Of a stretch of 64,000 nt of DNA, positions 8,912 to 18,608 are shown piece after piece. The notes under the pieces are model-generated. The model saw only the letters and a program-made list of their open reading frames with translations. It had not been told where the DNA came from and ran no database searches. A program made the position numbers and the translations under genes. The stretch's first letter is position 1; the number at the start of each line of letters is the position of its first letter. This DNA comes from an uncultured Gemmatimonadales bacterium. Lineage in GTDB: Bacteria; Gemmatimonadota; Gemmatimonadetes; Gemmatimonadales; Gemmatimonadaceae. The stretch is taken from assembly GCA_963850905.1 (NCBI GenBank), contig CAWKMU010000003.1:960001-1024000 (forward strand), read 5' to 3'.

Positions 8912-10216
8912 CTACCGTCTAACGTCTGCTCGGGCGCTCGCGCGCCCGAGCCGCACATAGTACAACTGCTCTCGCACTGAGTGCGCCTTGTAGCGCCGGG
9001 TTGGACTTGGATTGTCTGAGCGGTAGCGCTGATACTCACGGGCCACACGCGCGAAGGAGCGCGGGCGGCCCGCGCGGCGGAAAATGCGCTCGATGTCGGC
9101 GTCGGGAATGATGCCCTCGCTGTTGTAGCTCAGAACCACGTGGTCTGCATCGACGGTCTCGATCAACTGTTCGAGTGCCGCGACGCATTGGCCACGCGTG
9201 GACCACGCCGACTTGATGTTGCCGTCGAGCGGCAGACCGGTCTTGCCGCGCAGCACGACCGGTCCGTCGAACCAGCCACGCGCAACGAGCTCGGGGATGT
9301 GGTAGTAGCCGCTGTATTGACGTGTGTTGTACGGCGGGTCCAGGTACAGCAGATCGAACCGACCGGCTCGCGGCGCGATCTCGGAGACATCGCCTCGATA
9401 GGCCTCGCACGGTCGGTTGGAACGAGCTCCAGGTCGATGCGCGCATGACACGATCCAGGGCACACGCAGCTTGAGGTCGCGGAGCGCGTTGGGCTGCCAC
9501 TGCTTGATGTACGCGGCGTAGATCCCCGCGGTGTTGGCGACCGCGTCAGCTGCTTCCAGCAACGCGGCCAGCAAGAGATAGAACTCTTCGTCGGACACCG
9601 CTCCAGTACCCCGCCACTCATGCAGCCGCTCGCGGATCGCGTCGATGCGACGGGCGACGCGCAAAGTGAAGTACATGCGCTGTACTGTCGCGTGACTGTC
9701 CGTATGATGGCGTAATGTCGCGGGTTCACAGTTGGCAGAGGCTGGCAGCTCATCGGGCCCACTTGAGCCATCCGGGGCCGCGAAATGGCGCGAGATGAAG
9801 GACTCGTGCGGATCGAGATAGCTATCGAGGTACACCAGGACCTCGTCCATCGGCCGCGTCACTGACGGTGGTGCGGTGCTCGCGGCGGCCGCTGCGGCGG
9901 CGGCCATCCGGGTACCGACTCGCTGGGCGACGCGCGCTTTGAAATCCGGTCGCGCGCGAACGCGTCTCACGTCGGGATCATCCGCGAGCGCGCCGAACCG
10001 CGGATAAGCATCGGCGACGACGTACGCGCGCTGAAACGCGTAGCTGAATCCCATGAGGTCACAGCTCGCGACGCAGGCCCCGCGCGCCTTGAGGAATCGA
10101 CCAACAGCCGCCGTCCCCGAGAACGCGTCGAAGGCTCGCACCGGCTGGATCCGTTTGCGATCCAGCAGTTCTGCGATGAAGGGGAGGAGCTTGGTCTTGT
10201 TGCCTATGTAGCGCAG
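8912..10216 (-). CDS. Orphan DNA adenine methyltransferase (D12/Dam class, N6-adenine)
   Basis: Conserved N-terminus (L/M)RYIGNKTKLL begins at CTG 10216; motif I 'DAFSGTAAVG'; motif IV 'LYLDPPYN'; 'LSYNSEG'. Confidence 0.85.
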   Translation of the reverse strand: MRYIGNKTKLLPFIAELLDRKRIQPVRAFDAFSGTAAVGRFLKARGACVASCDLMGFSYAFQRAYVVADAYPRFGALADDPDVRRVRARPDFKARVAQRVGTRMAAAAAAAASTAPPSVTRPMDEVLVYLDSYLDPHESFISRHFAAPDGSSGPDELPASANCEPATLRHHTDSHATVQRMYFTLRVARRIDAIRERLHEWRGTGAVSDEEFYLLLAALLEAADAVANTAGIYAAYIKQWQPNALRDLKLRVPWIVSCAHRPGARSNRPCEAYRGDVSEIAPRAGRFDLLYLDPPYNTRQYSGYYHIPELVARGWFDGPVVLRGKTGLPLDGNIKSAWSTRGQCVAALEQLIETVDADHVVLSYNSEGIIPDADIERIFRRAGRPRSFARVAREYQRYRSDNPSPTRRYKAHSVREQLYYVRLGRASARADVRR

Positions 10217-10221
10217 AACGA

Positions 10222-10330
10222 CAGGGGTCAGGGGTCAGGGGTCGGGGACCCGGGAATAAATCATGAGGCAGCCCGCTATTCGCCGCTACTGGCAGAGCGG
10301 TTTTTTCCCTGAACCCCAGCCCCTGACACC
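10222..10330. repeat. Heptamer-armed palindromic element (GGGGTCA arms, 38-bp core)
   Basis: caggggt x3, AATAAAT 10255-10261, core 10262-10299, GTTTTTT, then ccctgaa/ccccagc/ccctgac. Confidence 0.75.
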
Positions 10331-10460
10331 GCGTTGAACATTAGTTTGTAACAGCAACTAATCACACGCCCGCCTATATTCACCCGGACGCGCACGAAGG
10401 CCGGCGCTCCCGCCCTCGTGTCTGGCGTCCCTCGTCCCTCGGCCCCTGGTCCCCCGAGAC

Positions 10461-11585
10461 GTGACACACATTCTTGCCATCGCGAACCAAAAGGGCGGCG
10501 TCGGCAAGACGACGACCGCGGTCAACCTCGCGGCCAGCCTGGCTGTCGCCGAGCAACGTACACTGTTGATCGACGGCGACCCACAGGGCAACGCGACCAG
10601 CGGGATTGGCCTCGCGCGTGACGCATTCGACGCGACCGTCTACGACCTGCTGCTCGGCGGCGCCGCCGCCACCGACGTCAGACACCGCAGCGTGCAGTTT
10701 CGGCACCTCGACGTGCTGCCCGCCACCCCTGACCTCGCGGGGGCGGAGGTTGAGCTGATTACGCGTCCGCGGCGCGACCAGGCGATGCGCGATGCCCTCG
10801 TACCGGTCGCGGCCGAATACGACTACATCCTCATCGACTGCCCGCCTTCACTGGGGCTCATCACCGTCAACATGCTCGCCGCAGCGGACGCGCTCATCAT
10901 TCCGCTGCAATGCGAGTACTACGCCCTCGAGGGTCTCTCCCAGCTCCTCAACACCGTCCATCTCGTGCAGCAAAGCGTGAATCCGCAGCTGTCGATCGAT
11001 GGGGTGCTGCTCACGATGTACGACGCCCGGTTGAACCTGTCTCGCCAGGTCGCCGCGGACGCGCGCGAATACTTCGGGCCGAAAGTCTACGACGCCGTCA
11101 TCCCCCGCAACGTCCGCCTCGCCGAGGCGCCGAGCTTCGGGAAACCGATCATCCTGTACGACGTCACGTCGGCCGGCGCCCAAGCGTACATGAGCGTCGC
11201 CCAAGAGCTCCTCGGCCGGCACCGCGCCGCTGCACGCACCACACGGCGGATCCGCCCGGAGCCAAGCGCCGCGCCTGTCATTGCACGCGACGAGGCGACC
11301 CACTTTGGGACCAGGCCAACCGACGACTCGACCTCGCTCCCGGTGGCGGCCGACAGCCTGGCGCTCCCGGCGGACACGACCATGCCGTCAGCAACCGCCG
11401 ATCACAGGGACAGCGCCGCATCCGCCGCGGCTGACCACATGGCCAACAACCCGGCCCAAGAAATGACCGCAGACCACGCTGCGGTGGAGACCCTCGAGGC
11501 GCCGAGCGCGAGCACCCCCGACGGGGAGATGTTTCACGTGAAACACGGAGTCAACGCTCCCCCGACGGCCGACCAATCCACGTGA
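10461..11585 (+). CDS. parA: Chromosome partitioning ATPase ParA/Soj with low-complexity C-terminal extension
   Basis: 'ANQKGGVGKTTTAVNLAA', 'DPQGNATSG', 'IDCPPSLG', 'QCEYYALEG', 'PRNVRLAEAPSFGKP'. Confidence 0.95.
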   Translation: MTHILAIANQKGGVGKTTTAVNLAASLAVAEQRTLLIDGDPQGNATSGIGLARDAFDATVYDLLLGGAAATDVRHRSVQFRHLDVLPATPDLAGAEVELITRPRRDQAMRDALVPVAAEYDYILIDCPPSLGLITVNMLAAADALIIPLQCEYYALEGLSQLLNTVHLVQQSVNPQLSIDGVLLTMYDARLNLSRQVAADAREYFGPKVYDAVIPRNVRLAEAPSFGKPIILYDVTSAGAQAYMSVAQELLGRHRAAARTTRRIRPEPSAAPVIARDEATHFGTRPTDDSTSLPVAADSLALPADTTMPSATADHRDSAASAAADHMANNPAQEMTADHAAVETLEAPSASTPDGEMFHVKHGVNAPPTADQST

Positions 11586-11696
11586 ACCGCCGTCGCCAAG
11601 TCGGCGACACGTTTCACGTGAAACACAGCAACCGACCCTCACTCAGTTTGGCGTGGAACCTCCGCGACCGGACGCCACAATGTTTCACGTGAAACA
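11530..11696. promoter_or_regulatory. parS: parS cluster (three consensus sites plus two degenerate)
   Basis: TGTTTCACGTGAAACA at 11530-11545 and 11681-11696; CGTTTCACGTGAAACA at 11610-11625; degenerate copies near 11574 and 11645. Confidence 0.95.
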
Positions 11697-11786
11697 TTGC
11701 AGCACGCTTCCCCCGTCTGGACCGAGTCGGCACTCCGCTCGCTCCGAGTCTTCGCAGATCTCGTGTCCCCGACGCAGAGCATCAGC

Positions 11787-12722
11787 ATGACTCCGCCAGA
11801 CCCGTCGAGACGCCTGGGCCGCGGCCTGGGAGCCCTGCTCTCGCAGACCGCTCCAGTCACGACAGTAGCCGATCCCACCGCGGAATCCGTCCAGCGGATC
11901 CCGATCGCACATATTCAGCCGAGCACGTTCCAGCCGCGCAAGGCGTTCGATCCCGCTGAGCTCGCCGAACTGGCGGCCAGCCTCAAGGCATCGGGACTCC
12001 TGCAGCCGATTGCGGTGCGTCCCTTCCGCGACGGTGCGCGACCCGGCGCGACTGGCGCGGGAGCACGCTATGAGCTCCTGGCTGGCGAGCGGCGCCTGCG
12101 CGCGGCGACCCACCTGGGGTGGTCCGAGATCCCGGCGATTGTCCGGGATGTGGATGACCGGACCGCCCTCACCCTCGCGCTCGTTGAGAATTTGCAGCGG
12201 AGCGACCTCAACCCGATCGAGGAGGCGGAGGGTTACGCGCAGCTGCTCCAGTCCTTTGCCCTGACGCAGCAAGAAATCGCCGACGCCGTTGGCAAAGACC
12301 GGTCGACGATCGCGAATACGCTCCGACTGCTCAACCTCCCCGCCCCTGTGCGCGGCATGATTCGCGACGGCCAACTCTCCGTTGGCCACGGCCGAGCACT
12401 CCTTGCCCTGGGGCCCACGAACGATACGACGTCCCTCGCACGCGAAATCCTCAGCAAAGGCCTCACGGTTCGCGAAGTTGAGGCACTTTCTGAGGACACC
12501 AGCGCGCCAGCAAAGCGACGTAAGCGCGCCACTAAGGCCTCTAAGCGACTGGATGCCCATGGCAAGGGGATCGAGGACCAACTCCGGCGGTATCTGCAGA
12601 CCGATGTGCGGCTCTCGCTGACCGCGCGTGACCGAGGACACCTCTCGATACTCTTTTATTCCAACGAGGATCTCGAGCGCGTACTCGAGCTCATTCTAGG
12701 ACGGACCGGAGAGAGGTTATGA
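11787..12722 (+). CDS. parB: Chromosome partitioning protein ParB/Spo0J
   Basis: 'RRLGRGLGALL', 'QPRKAF', 'GLLQPI', 'AGERRLRA', 'ENLQRSDLNPIEEA', HTH 'GKDRSTIANTLRLL'. Confidence 0.95.
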   Translation: MTPPDPSRRLGRGLGALLSQTAPVTTVADPTAESVQRIPIAHIQPSTFQPRKAFDPAELAELAASLKASGLLQPIAVRPFRDGARPGATGAGARYELLAGERRLRAATHLGWSEIPAIVRDVDDRTALTLALVENLQRSDLNPIEEAEGYAQLLQSFALTQQEIADAVGKDRSTIANTLRLLNLPAPVRGMIRDGQLSVGHGRALLALGPTNDTTSLAREILSKGLTVREVEALSEDTSAPAKRRKRATKASKRLDAHGKGIEDQLRRYLQTDVRLSLTARDRGHLSILFYSNEDLERVLELILGRTGERL

Positions 12723-13477
12723 CCGAAAGCGACGCGGGCGAACAACGCGACACAACGAAAGGGCCCGCGTCGCCGAGTGACAGTCCAACACTCGAATCAC
12801 ACGGGCCACCCGCGCTCGGCTACGGAAATATCTATACGCCGCACGCGGGGTCGATGATCATCCACGTGCAGCGTGAGAGCGGGCTGCAGAGTCGCATGAT
12901 CGTGTTGGGGCCGCGGCGTGTCCGACTGCTGCGCTTTCTGGTTTCCCGCGCCGGCAAGATTACGCTGGCGACCTCGCTCGCCGTATTGTTGGTCCTCGTC
13001 ACCCAAGCCGCACGCGTGCCCGCGTTGATGCGGCGCGTGTCGCGCATGGAACACGCCGCGGCGCGACTCGATTCACTCGAGCGCTCGCTCGGACAGTTGC
13101 AGCAGCGGTACGACCAGGTGCGCGCGATGATGGGCGCTGACTCGAACGCACAAGTCGGCGCGGCAACGATACCGCGATCGCTTACGCCGATGCCGGCGAC
13201 GACACCGCGGCTCGGCACCCCGGTTTCGCCGGACATGGATGCTCCGGGCGTCGGCGTGGCAGGCGCGCGCGCTGCTGTCGGTCCCGAGACGACCGGTGGC
13301 GTCGAGGTCGCACCGGACGCGGCGACCGCCGTCGCAGATCCGACGCAACCTGATGCCCCAGCCCCTCCGCTGCACCGCCGACGTCGCCGTCCGGTCGCCG
13401 ACACCACCACCGATTCGGCGCACGCGAACCCCCCCGACTCCGGCGCCTCACCAAGCACGCAAGCGGAACCACAGTAA
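12719..13477 (+). CDS. Hypothetical membrane protein (single TM, coiled coil, Pro/Ala-rich tail)
   Basis: ATGA overlap with parB stop; TM 'ITLATSLAVLLVLV'; heptad segment 'LDSLERSLGQLQQRYDQV'. Confidence 0.7.
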   Translation: MTESDAGEQRDTTKGPASPSDSPTLESHGPPALGYGNIYTPHAGSMIIHVQRESGLQSRMIVLGPRRVRLLRFLVSRAGKITLATSLAVLLVLVTQAARVPALMRRVSRMEHAAARLDSLERSLGQLQQRYDQVRAMMGADSNAQVGAATIPRSLTPMPATTPRLGTPVSPDMDAPGVGVAGARAAVGPETTGGVEVAPDAATAVADPTQPDAPAPPLHRRRRRPVADTTTDSAHANPPDSGASPSTQAEPQ

Positions 13478-13728
13478 GGCGCGCGCGGGCGCTAAAGCGC
13501 GCGCCCCTCACACCTGGTTGCGCCGCTTCGACCGCGCGAGTCCTGACGGCAGAAACGTGTGTGTTTGATTGGTCACAGGCCAGGCGTGATCGCCTTCTCG
13601 CCCCACACCACCAACCTGCCAATCCATTGAGCACTATCGCGACACTGATCACAGACACACGCGTCTGTGACGATCTGGGGACGCCCCGCTGCTCGCCTAT
13701 AGCGGTCCGACACGACACCGCGCTCGCG

Positions 13729-15078
13729 GTGCCGCGCCACAGAGGGGCACAATGCGTCGCCCACGGCGCGCGTGTTTTGCTGTGGGTCGCCGTCGCGTGC
13801 GTCGGCCTCGCCTGCTCGAGCACGACGGCACCGAGCGGTGGCGGCGGGGGCGGTGGCAACACGACGGGAAGCCTCGCGATCGCAGTGACGGTCCCGACTG
13901 GCGTCACGCCGACGGTCACGATCACCGGACCGTCCGGGTACAGCAAGACACTGAGCTCGTCGCAAACGCTCACGAGTCTCGCGACGGGAAGCTACACGAT
14001 CACCGCGAGTACTGGCCTTACTGTCGACTCCATCGTGAGTATCGCCTATGCCGGAACTGTCACTGGCAGTCCCGCTTCGGTTACCGCTAATGGCGCTGCG
14101 ACCGCCACCGTGACCTACGCACAGCCATGGAGCAGCTCGGGCGTGCTCTGGGTTGCGAGCACACTCGGCTACTCGATCAGCGGCTACACCTCGGCGCAGC
14201 TGCGCACGACCGGTGCGCCCGCACCCAGTGTCATCGTCGGCACGGACAGCTCGGTCGGGCCAATCCAGGGAGCCACCACGCTCGTCGTCGATCAGACGGG
14301 TGGCATCTGGTTCGCGGACGGCGGCGACACGCTCTACTACTATTCGTCCGCGCAGATCGCCCACAGCACCAAAGCGGCGCCGTCGGTCAAGCTCACGAGC
14401 AGTGCGCTGTCCGAGGCGTCGGCGCTTGCACTCGACAACAGCGGCAATCTCTGGGTCTCTGACCAGACCAACGGGACGATCCTCGAGTTCACGGCGGCAG
14501 AGCTCTTGGCCAGCGGCAGTGTCACGCCCCCCGTCGTTTTGAGTTCCGCGTTCGGCTCGATCAGCCGCCCCTTCTCGATGACGTTCGACACGCACGGAAA
14601 TCTCTGGGTCGCGAATTACGGCGATAGCACCGTCGCCGCGTTCAGCCCGAGTCAACTCCAGGCGACCGGTCGGCCAATCCCCTTCGCGGGGCTGACGGGC
14701 GCGAGGGGCACGACCAACAACCTCGGGATCGCGTTCGACGCGCAGGGCGATCTCTGGGTCGCCAACCTGACGGACACACTGACGGAATACACACCCAGCC
14801 AGCTGACGTCGATCGGCGCGCCGACTCCCGCAGTCGTCATCGTACCCTCTGCCATCCAGGAGCCAGGGCCGATGGCGTTCGACAACAGCGGCGCGCTCTG
14901 GATGGCTGACGTGCAGAGGAGCCGCTTGCTCCGCTTCATGCCCAATCAGCTGGCCACGAGTGGGTCACCGACGGCCGCGGTCACTATCAGCGCGACGGGG
15001 ACCGGCACCCATACATCGATGTACCTCCCGAACTGGATCACTTTCTCGCCACACGCGCCCGGGCTGCCGTCGAACTGA
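13729..15078 (+). CDS. Putative lipoprotein with NHL/Vgb-like beta-propeller repeats
   Basis: Lipobox-like 'GLAC-SS'; ~50-aa repeats 'AFDxxGNLWV...EFTPSQL...GxPxP'; start uncertain (ORF opens at 13561). Confidence 0.7.
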   Translation: MPRHRGAQCVAHGARVLLWVAVACVGLACSSTTAPSGGGGGGGNTTGSLAIAVTVPTGVTPTVTITGPSGYSKTLSSSQTLTSLATGSYTITASTGLTVDSIVSIAYAGTVTGSPASVTANGAATATVTYAQPWSSSGVLWVASTLGYSISGYTSAQLRTTGAPAPSVIVGTDSSVGPIQGATTLVVDQTGGIWFADGGDTLYYYSSAQIAHSTKAAPSVKLTSSALSEASALALDNSGNLWVSDQTNGTILEFTAAELLASGSVTPPVVLSSAFGSISRPFSMTFDTHGNLWVANYGDSTVAAFSPSQLQATGRPIPFAGLTGARGTTNNLGIAFDAQGDLWVANLTDTLTEYTPSQLTSIGAPTPAVVIVPSAIQEPGPMAFDNSGALWMADVQRSRLLRFMPNQLATSGSPTAAVTISATGTGTHTSMYLPNWITFSPHAPGLPSN

Positions 15079-15286
15079 TATGTCGAGGCGGCGCGACGAC
15101 CGGCAGCCTGAGCGTGGCGATCACTGGTCAAGGCGGGCGCCTGCCCCACCCCGACGACGACACTGACCAATCACGAACTCTCACTCGCTCTCCCGACCGG
15201 CATAGCCTTCCCGCCACAAGCTCCCTGGCTCCCGTTGCATTGATCTTGCTCATGCGGCATGTTCTGGGAGTACTCGAGAGGTCGTT

Positions 15287-16669
15287 ATGCGCTGGCTTTA
15301 CCAGTTGGCCAGTCGATTGATCGCCGGCGGTACCGTGACGTACGCGCTTCTCGCGTGCGGCAGCAGTAACCATTCGACTACGGGCCCGAGCACCGGCAGT
15401 CTCACCGTCGCCATCACCGCCCCGGCGGGGATCAAGCCGTCGGTGACGGTTTCCGGCCCAAACAGCTATGTGAAGGTGTTGTCGGCGACTACCACGCTCA
15501 CCGATCTGCCGACTGGCACCTATACCGTCGCGGGCGCCAAGGTCCCCACCACCGCGCCGATCGTGAGCATCCTGTACACACCGACGATCACCGGTAGTCC
15601 GGTGCCGGTGTCTGCGAACGTGACGGTCGAAGTGAAGGTGAGCTACGCTCAGGCACCCGGCTCGGGTCACCTATGGGCGACAAATGCGACAACTGATTTC
15701 TCGGTCGTGGCCTTCGACTCCTCGGTTCTTGGCGTGAGTGGGACTCCAGCGCCAGCTATCACGATCTCGCCGAACAACGGTTCGCTGTTTCTGCCAGAGT
15801 ACGCGGCGTTTGACACGGCCGGCGTGATGTGGGTGCTCAACCAGGACACTCTCGTGGGCTTCAGTCCGGCGCAAATCGGGACGAGCGGTGCGCCGTCGCC
15901 TGCTATCACGATCCAACCGGTCGACAGCTCGCTCAACCTGGCATTCTCGATGGCGTTCGACGCATCCGGGTACCTGTGGATCGTGAACGTAGGCAACGCC
16001 AATGTGGTCGCTTACAGCCCTCAGCAACTGGCCGCCAGTGGGGCCCCGGCACCAGCGATCAAGCTGACGTCAACCATGGCATTCTTTCAGCCGGAAGGCA
16101 TCGCCTTCGATGCACACGGCAATATGTGGGTGAGCAGCTGGACCGGTTCCATCCCGCACGTCGATACGCTGCCCGGCAACCTGCAAGAGTTCACGCCGAG
16201 TCAAATCTCCAAGGGTGGCGCACAGACTCCCGCCGTCACTCTCACAGGTCCGGGCCTTCAGTTCGTATCGTCGATCGCGTTCGACGTCACCGGGAATCTT
16301 TGGCTCACCAACGACGCGGACACGATCGCCGAGTACACGGCCGCCCAACTTGCCGCGGGCGGTGCGCAGACACCCAATGTCATCATCCTCGACGGCGCCA
16401 CACCCTGCATATTTCCGAACCAGGGACCTCCGCCCTTTTGCAACGGTCCGGACGGGCTGGCGTTCGACAACAGCAGCAATTTGTGGGTGGCCCATGGTGT
16501 GGCTACGAGCTCCGAGACAATCGTTCAGTACACAGCGAGCCAGTTGACCGCGAGTGGCTCACCGACCCCGGCGGTCAGCCTCACGACAAATGGTACGTCG
16601 ATCATCGGGGCAGTCGGGCTGACGTTCTACCCGCACGCGGCAGGGTTGCCGATCTACCCGCATCCCTGA
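15287..16669 (+). CDS. Paralogous putative lipoprotein with NHL/Vgb-like repeats
   Basis: GAGG SD; lipobox 'LLAC-GS'; same N-domain 'TGSLxVAITxPxGxxPxVTxSGP', same repeats and C-terminal 'TFxPHAxGLP' as the upstream gene. Confidence 0.75.
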   Translation: MRWLYQLASRLIAGGTVTYALLACGSSNHSTTGPSTGSLTVAITAPAGIKPSVTVSGPNSYVKVLSATTTLTDLPTGTYTVAGAKVPTTAPIVSILYTPTITGSPVPVSANVTVEVKVSYAQAPGSGHLWATNATTDFSVVAFDSSVLGVSGTPAPAITISPNNGSLFLPEYAAFDTAGVMWVLNQDTLVGFSPAQIGTSGAPSPAITIQPVDSSLNLAFSMAFDASGYLWIVNVGNANVVAYSPQQLAASGAPAPAIKLTSTMAFFQPEGIAFDAHGNMWVSSWTGSIPHVDTLPGNLQEFTPSQISKGGAQTPAVTLTGPGLQFVSSIAFDVTGNLWLTNDADTIAEYTAAQLAAGGAQTPNVIILDGATPCIFPNQGPPPFCNGPDGLAFDNSSNLWVAHGVATSSETIVQYTASQLTASGSPTPAVSLTTNGTSIIGAVGLTFYPHAAGLPIYPHP

Positions 16670-16779
16670 GGGTTGCCGATCCGCTGACCCCGCGTCACGG
16701 CTGTGCTCACCGGATCGTATCGCGTCCCGGTGGTGCTTCGTCTTTCCCACGACCATTATTCGCCGAGGATTGGACTGCC

Positions 16780-17223
16780 ATGGCCATGTTCACCAAAGAC
16801 TCTCCCGAGAAGCCCGAGCAGCCCAAGGGCAACTCACCGGCAGAAGCCGCCCTCTCGATCATCGCGTTCGGAATGAAGGTGCAAGGCGACATCGAGACCA
16901 GCGGTGTGATCAAGATCGAGGGCAGCATCGAAGGGACGATCCGCGGCGCGCGCCAGGTCCTCGTAGGACGCCAAGGCGAGGTCAAGGGTGATGTGAACGC
17001 GCGGGAAGTTGTGGTGGGCGGGAGGATCGACGGAACGATCACCGCGTCGGAGCGCGTGGAGGTCCAGGGGACCTCGGCCGTAAACGGCGACATCTACACG
17101 AAGTCGATCATCGTTCTCGAAGGCGGCCGGATCAACGGCTCCGTCCGAATGGACGAGACCGGACGGCAGCCAGCCGGCACTAGACAGGAGCAGAAACCTG
17201 CACAAGTTGCGATGGTGCGCTGA
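16780..17223 (+). CDS. Bactofilin (polymer-forming cytoskeletal protein, CcmA family)
   Basis: GAGGA SD; 'SIIAFGMKVQGDIETSGVIKIEGSIEGTI...VGRQGEVKGDVNAREVVVGG...NGDIYTKSIIVLEGGRING'. Confidence 0.9.
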   Translation: MAMFTKDSPEKPEQPKGNSPAEAALSIIAFGMKVQGDIETSGVIKIEGSIEGTIRGARQVLVGRQGEVKGDVNAREVVVGGRIDGTITASERVEVQGTSAVNGDIYTKSIIVLEGGRINGSVRMDETGRQPAGTRQEQKPAQVAMVR

Positions 17224-17424
17224 TAGTGTTGCATTTCTGGCGCCAAATTACCAAGCAACGATCGCCATTGGACCGCACGCTCTGGAGCCAGACTATCGGC
17301 GGATGCGGTTCTGCAACTCGCGGGTAACGCCGAAAGGCGTTCGGGCATCGAACGCGCGATGCCTCGTGTGCACCTTCCGCCGCTGGTAAGGCCGTCGGTC
17401 GCGGGCCGCAGTTCGCCGATTCGC

Positions 17425-18582
17425 ATGCGCCTGACCAGGGTTCTCCACATTGTGGTGTGCATAACGCTGTGCGGATGTGGAGAAGCGCCGGGTGCGCATT
17501 CGCATCGGCTGCGCAGTGACCGAGCTCCAGCGGCCGTTGGCCCGCAGTTCAAGGTCGCGCTCCTCACGCCAGGGCCCATCACGGACCAGGCGTGGAACGC
17601 GGCGGCCTATCAGGGGCTGCTGCGGATCAAGGACAGTCTCGCGGCGGACGTGAGTAACGTGCAGACCAAGACGCCGGCCGAATTCGACGAGAATTTTCGG
17701 CAGTACGGGGCCGAGGCGTATAACGTCGTCTTTGCGAACGGCTTTGAGTATCAAGACGCGGTCAGGCGCGTCGCTCCGGACTATCCGCGCACGGTGTTCA
17801 TCACCACGTCGGGCGACAAGACCGGCGCGAACTGGGCCGGCATCGACTTTCAGTTCGAAGACGGGGCCTACATCGCCGGGATTCTGGCAGGCATGATGAC
17901 GAAGACCAATGTCATCGGCACGATTGGTGGCACCGAGCTGCCGCCCGTGCGGCGCGGGTTTGCCGGCTTCGTCGCGGGGGCGCGCTCAGTCAACTCGGGT
18001 ATTCGAGTCTTGAGCTCGTACGTCGGGAACTGGGACGATGCCAGCGCGGCGAAAGAGCAGGCGCTCGCGCAGATCAATCAGGGTGCCGACGTCATCTTCC
18101 AGAACGCGGACGCCGCTGGATTGGGCGTGTTTCAGGCGGCCAAGGACTCGAAGGGCGTATGGGTCATAGGCTCCAACTCAGATCAGAACAGTGTCGCGCC
18201 GGCCGTCACGCTGGGCAGCGTCGTGATCGACTTGCCGCACGCGCTGTTGACGGTCGCCGCAGAGATTCGCGACGGACTCTTCATTCCCCGCGTGATCAAG
18301 CTCGGCGTGCAGCAGCAAGTGATCAAGCTCGTGATTAACCCGGCGATCGGGCCCGGTATCCCCTCTGCGGCGCGTGTCGCGGTGGACTCCGTGCAACGGA
18401 GTTTCGTGATGGGTCACACCCCGCACATCGATCTCGGACCGGACACGACGGTTGCCGCAACGGCGCCCGCGGCCGACACTGGTACGCGCGGAGCCGCCGT
18501 GCACGACTCGGCGGTGCCGGCGAGTGCCGGAGCGCAACAACCAAGCGCGCAGACGCACGACTCGGCGGCGGTCAAGCAGTGA
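17425..18582 (+). CDS. BMP-family ABC transporter substrate-binding lipoprotein (nucleoside/purine type)
   Basis: 'LCGC' lipobox; 'PGPITDQAWNAAAYQGL', 'GNWDDASAAKE', 'GADVIFQNADAAGLG'. Confidence 0.85.
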   Translation: MRLTRVLHIVVCITLCGCGEAPGAHSHRLRSDRAPAAVGPQFKVALLTPGPITDQAWNAAAYQGLLRIKDSLAADVSNVQTKTPAEFDENFRQYGAEAYNVVFANGFEYQDAVRRVAPDYPRTVFITTSGDKTGANWAGIDFQFEDGAYIAGILAGMMTKTNVIGTIGGTELPPVRRGFAGFVAGARSVNSGIRVLSSYVGNWDDASAAKEQALAQINQGADVIFQNADAAGLGVFQAAKDSKGVWVIGSNSDQNSVAPAVTLGSVVIDLPHALLTVAAEIRDGLFIPRVIKLGVQQQVIKLVINPAIGPGIPSAARVAVDSVQRSFVMGHTPHIDLGPDTTVAATAPAADTGTRGAAVHDSAVPASAGAQQPSAQTHDSAAVKQ

Positions 18583-18608
18583 CCCCTGACCCCTAGTCTC
18601 TCGCACTT

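Noticed and set aside
8912..10216. Restriction-modification system
   Set aside because: No endonuclease or specificity gene adjacent; neighbours are mnmG and parA
15829..17223. 464-aa ORF as an extended bactofilin
   Set aside because: The first 317 codons are an off-frame overlap with the lipoprotein gene; SD and domain start at 16780
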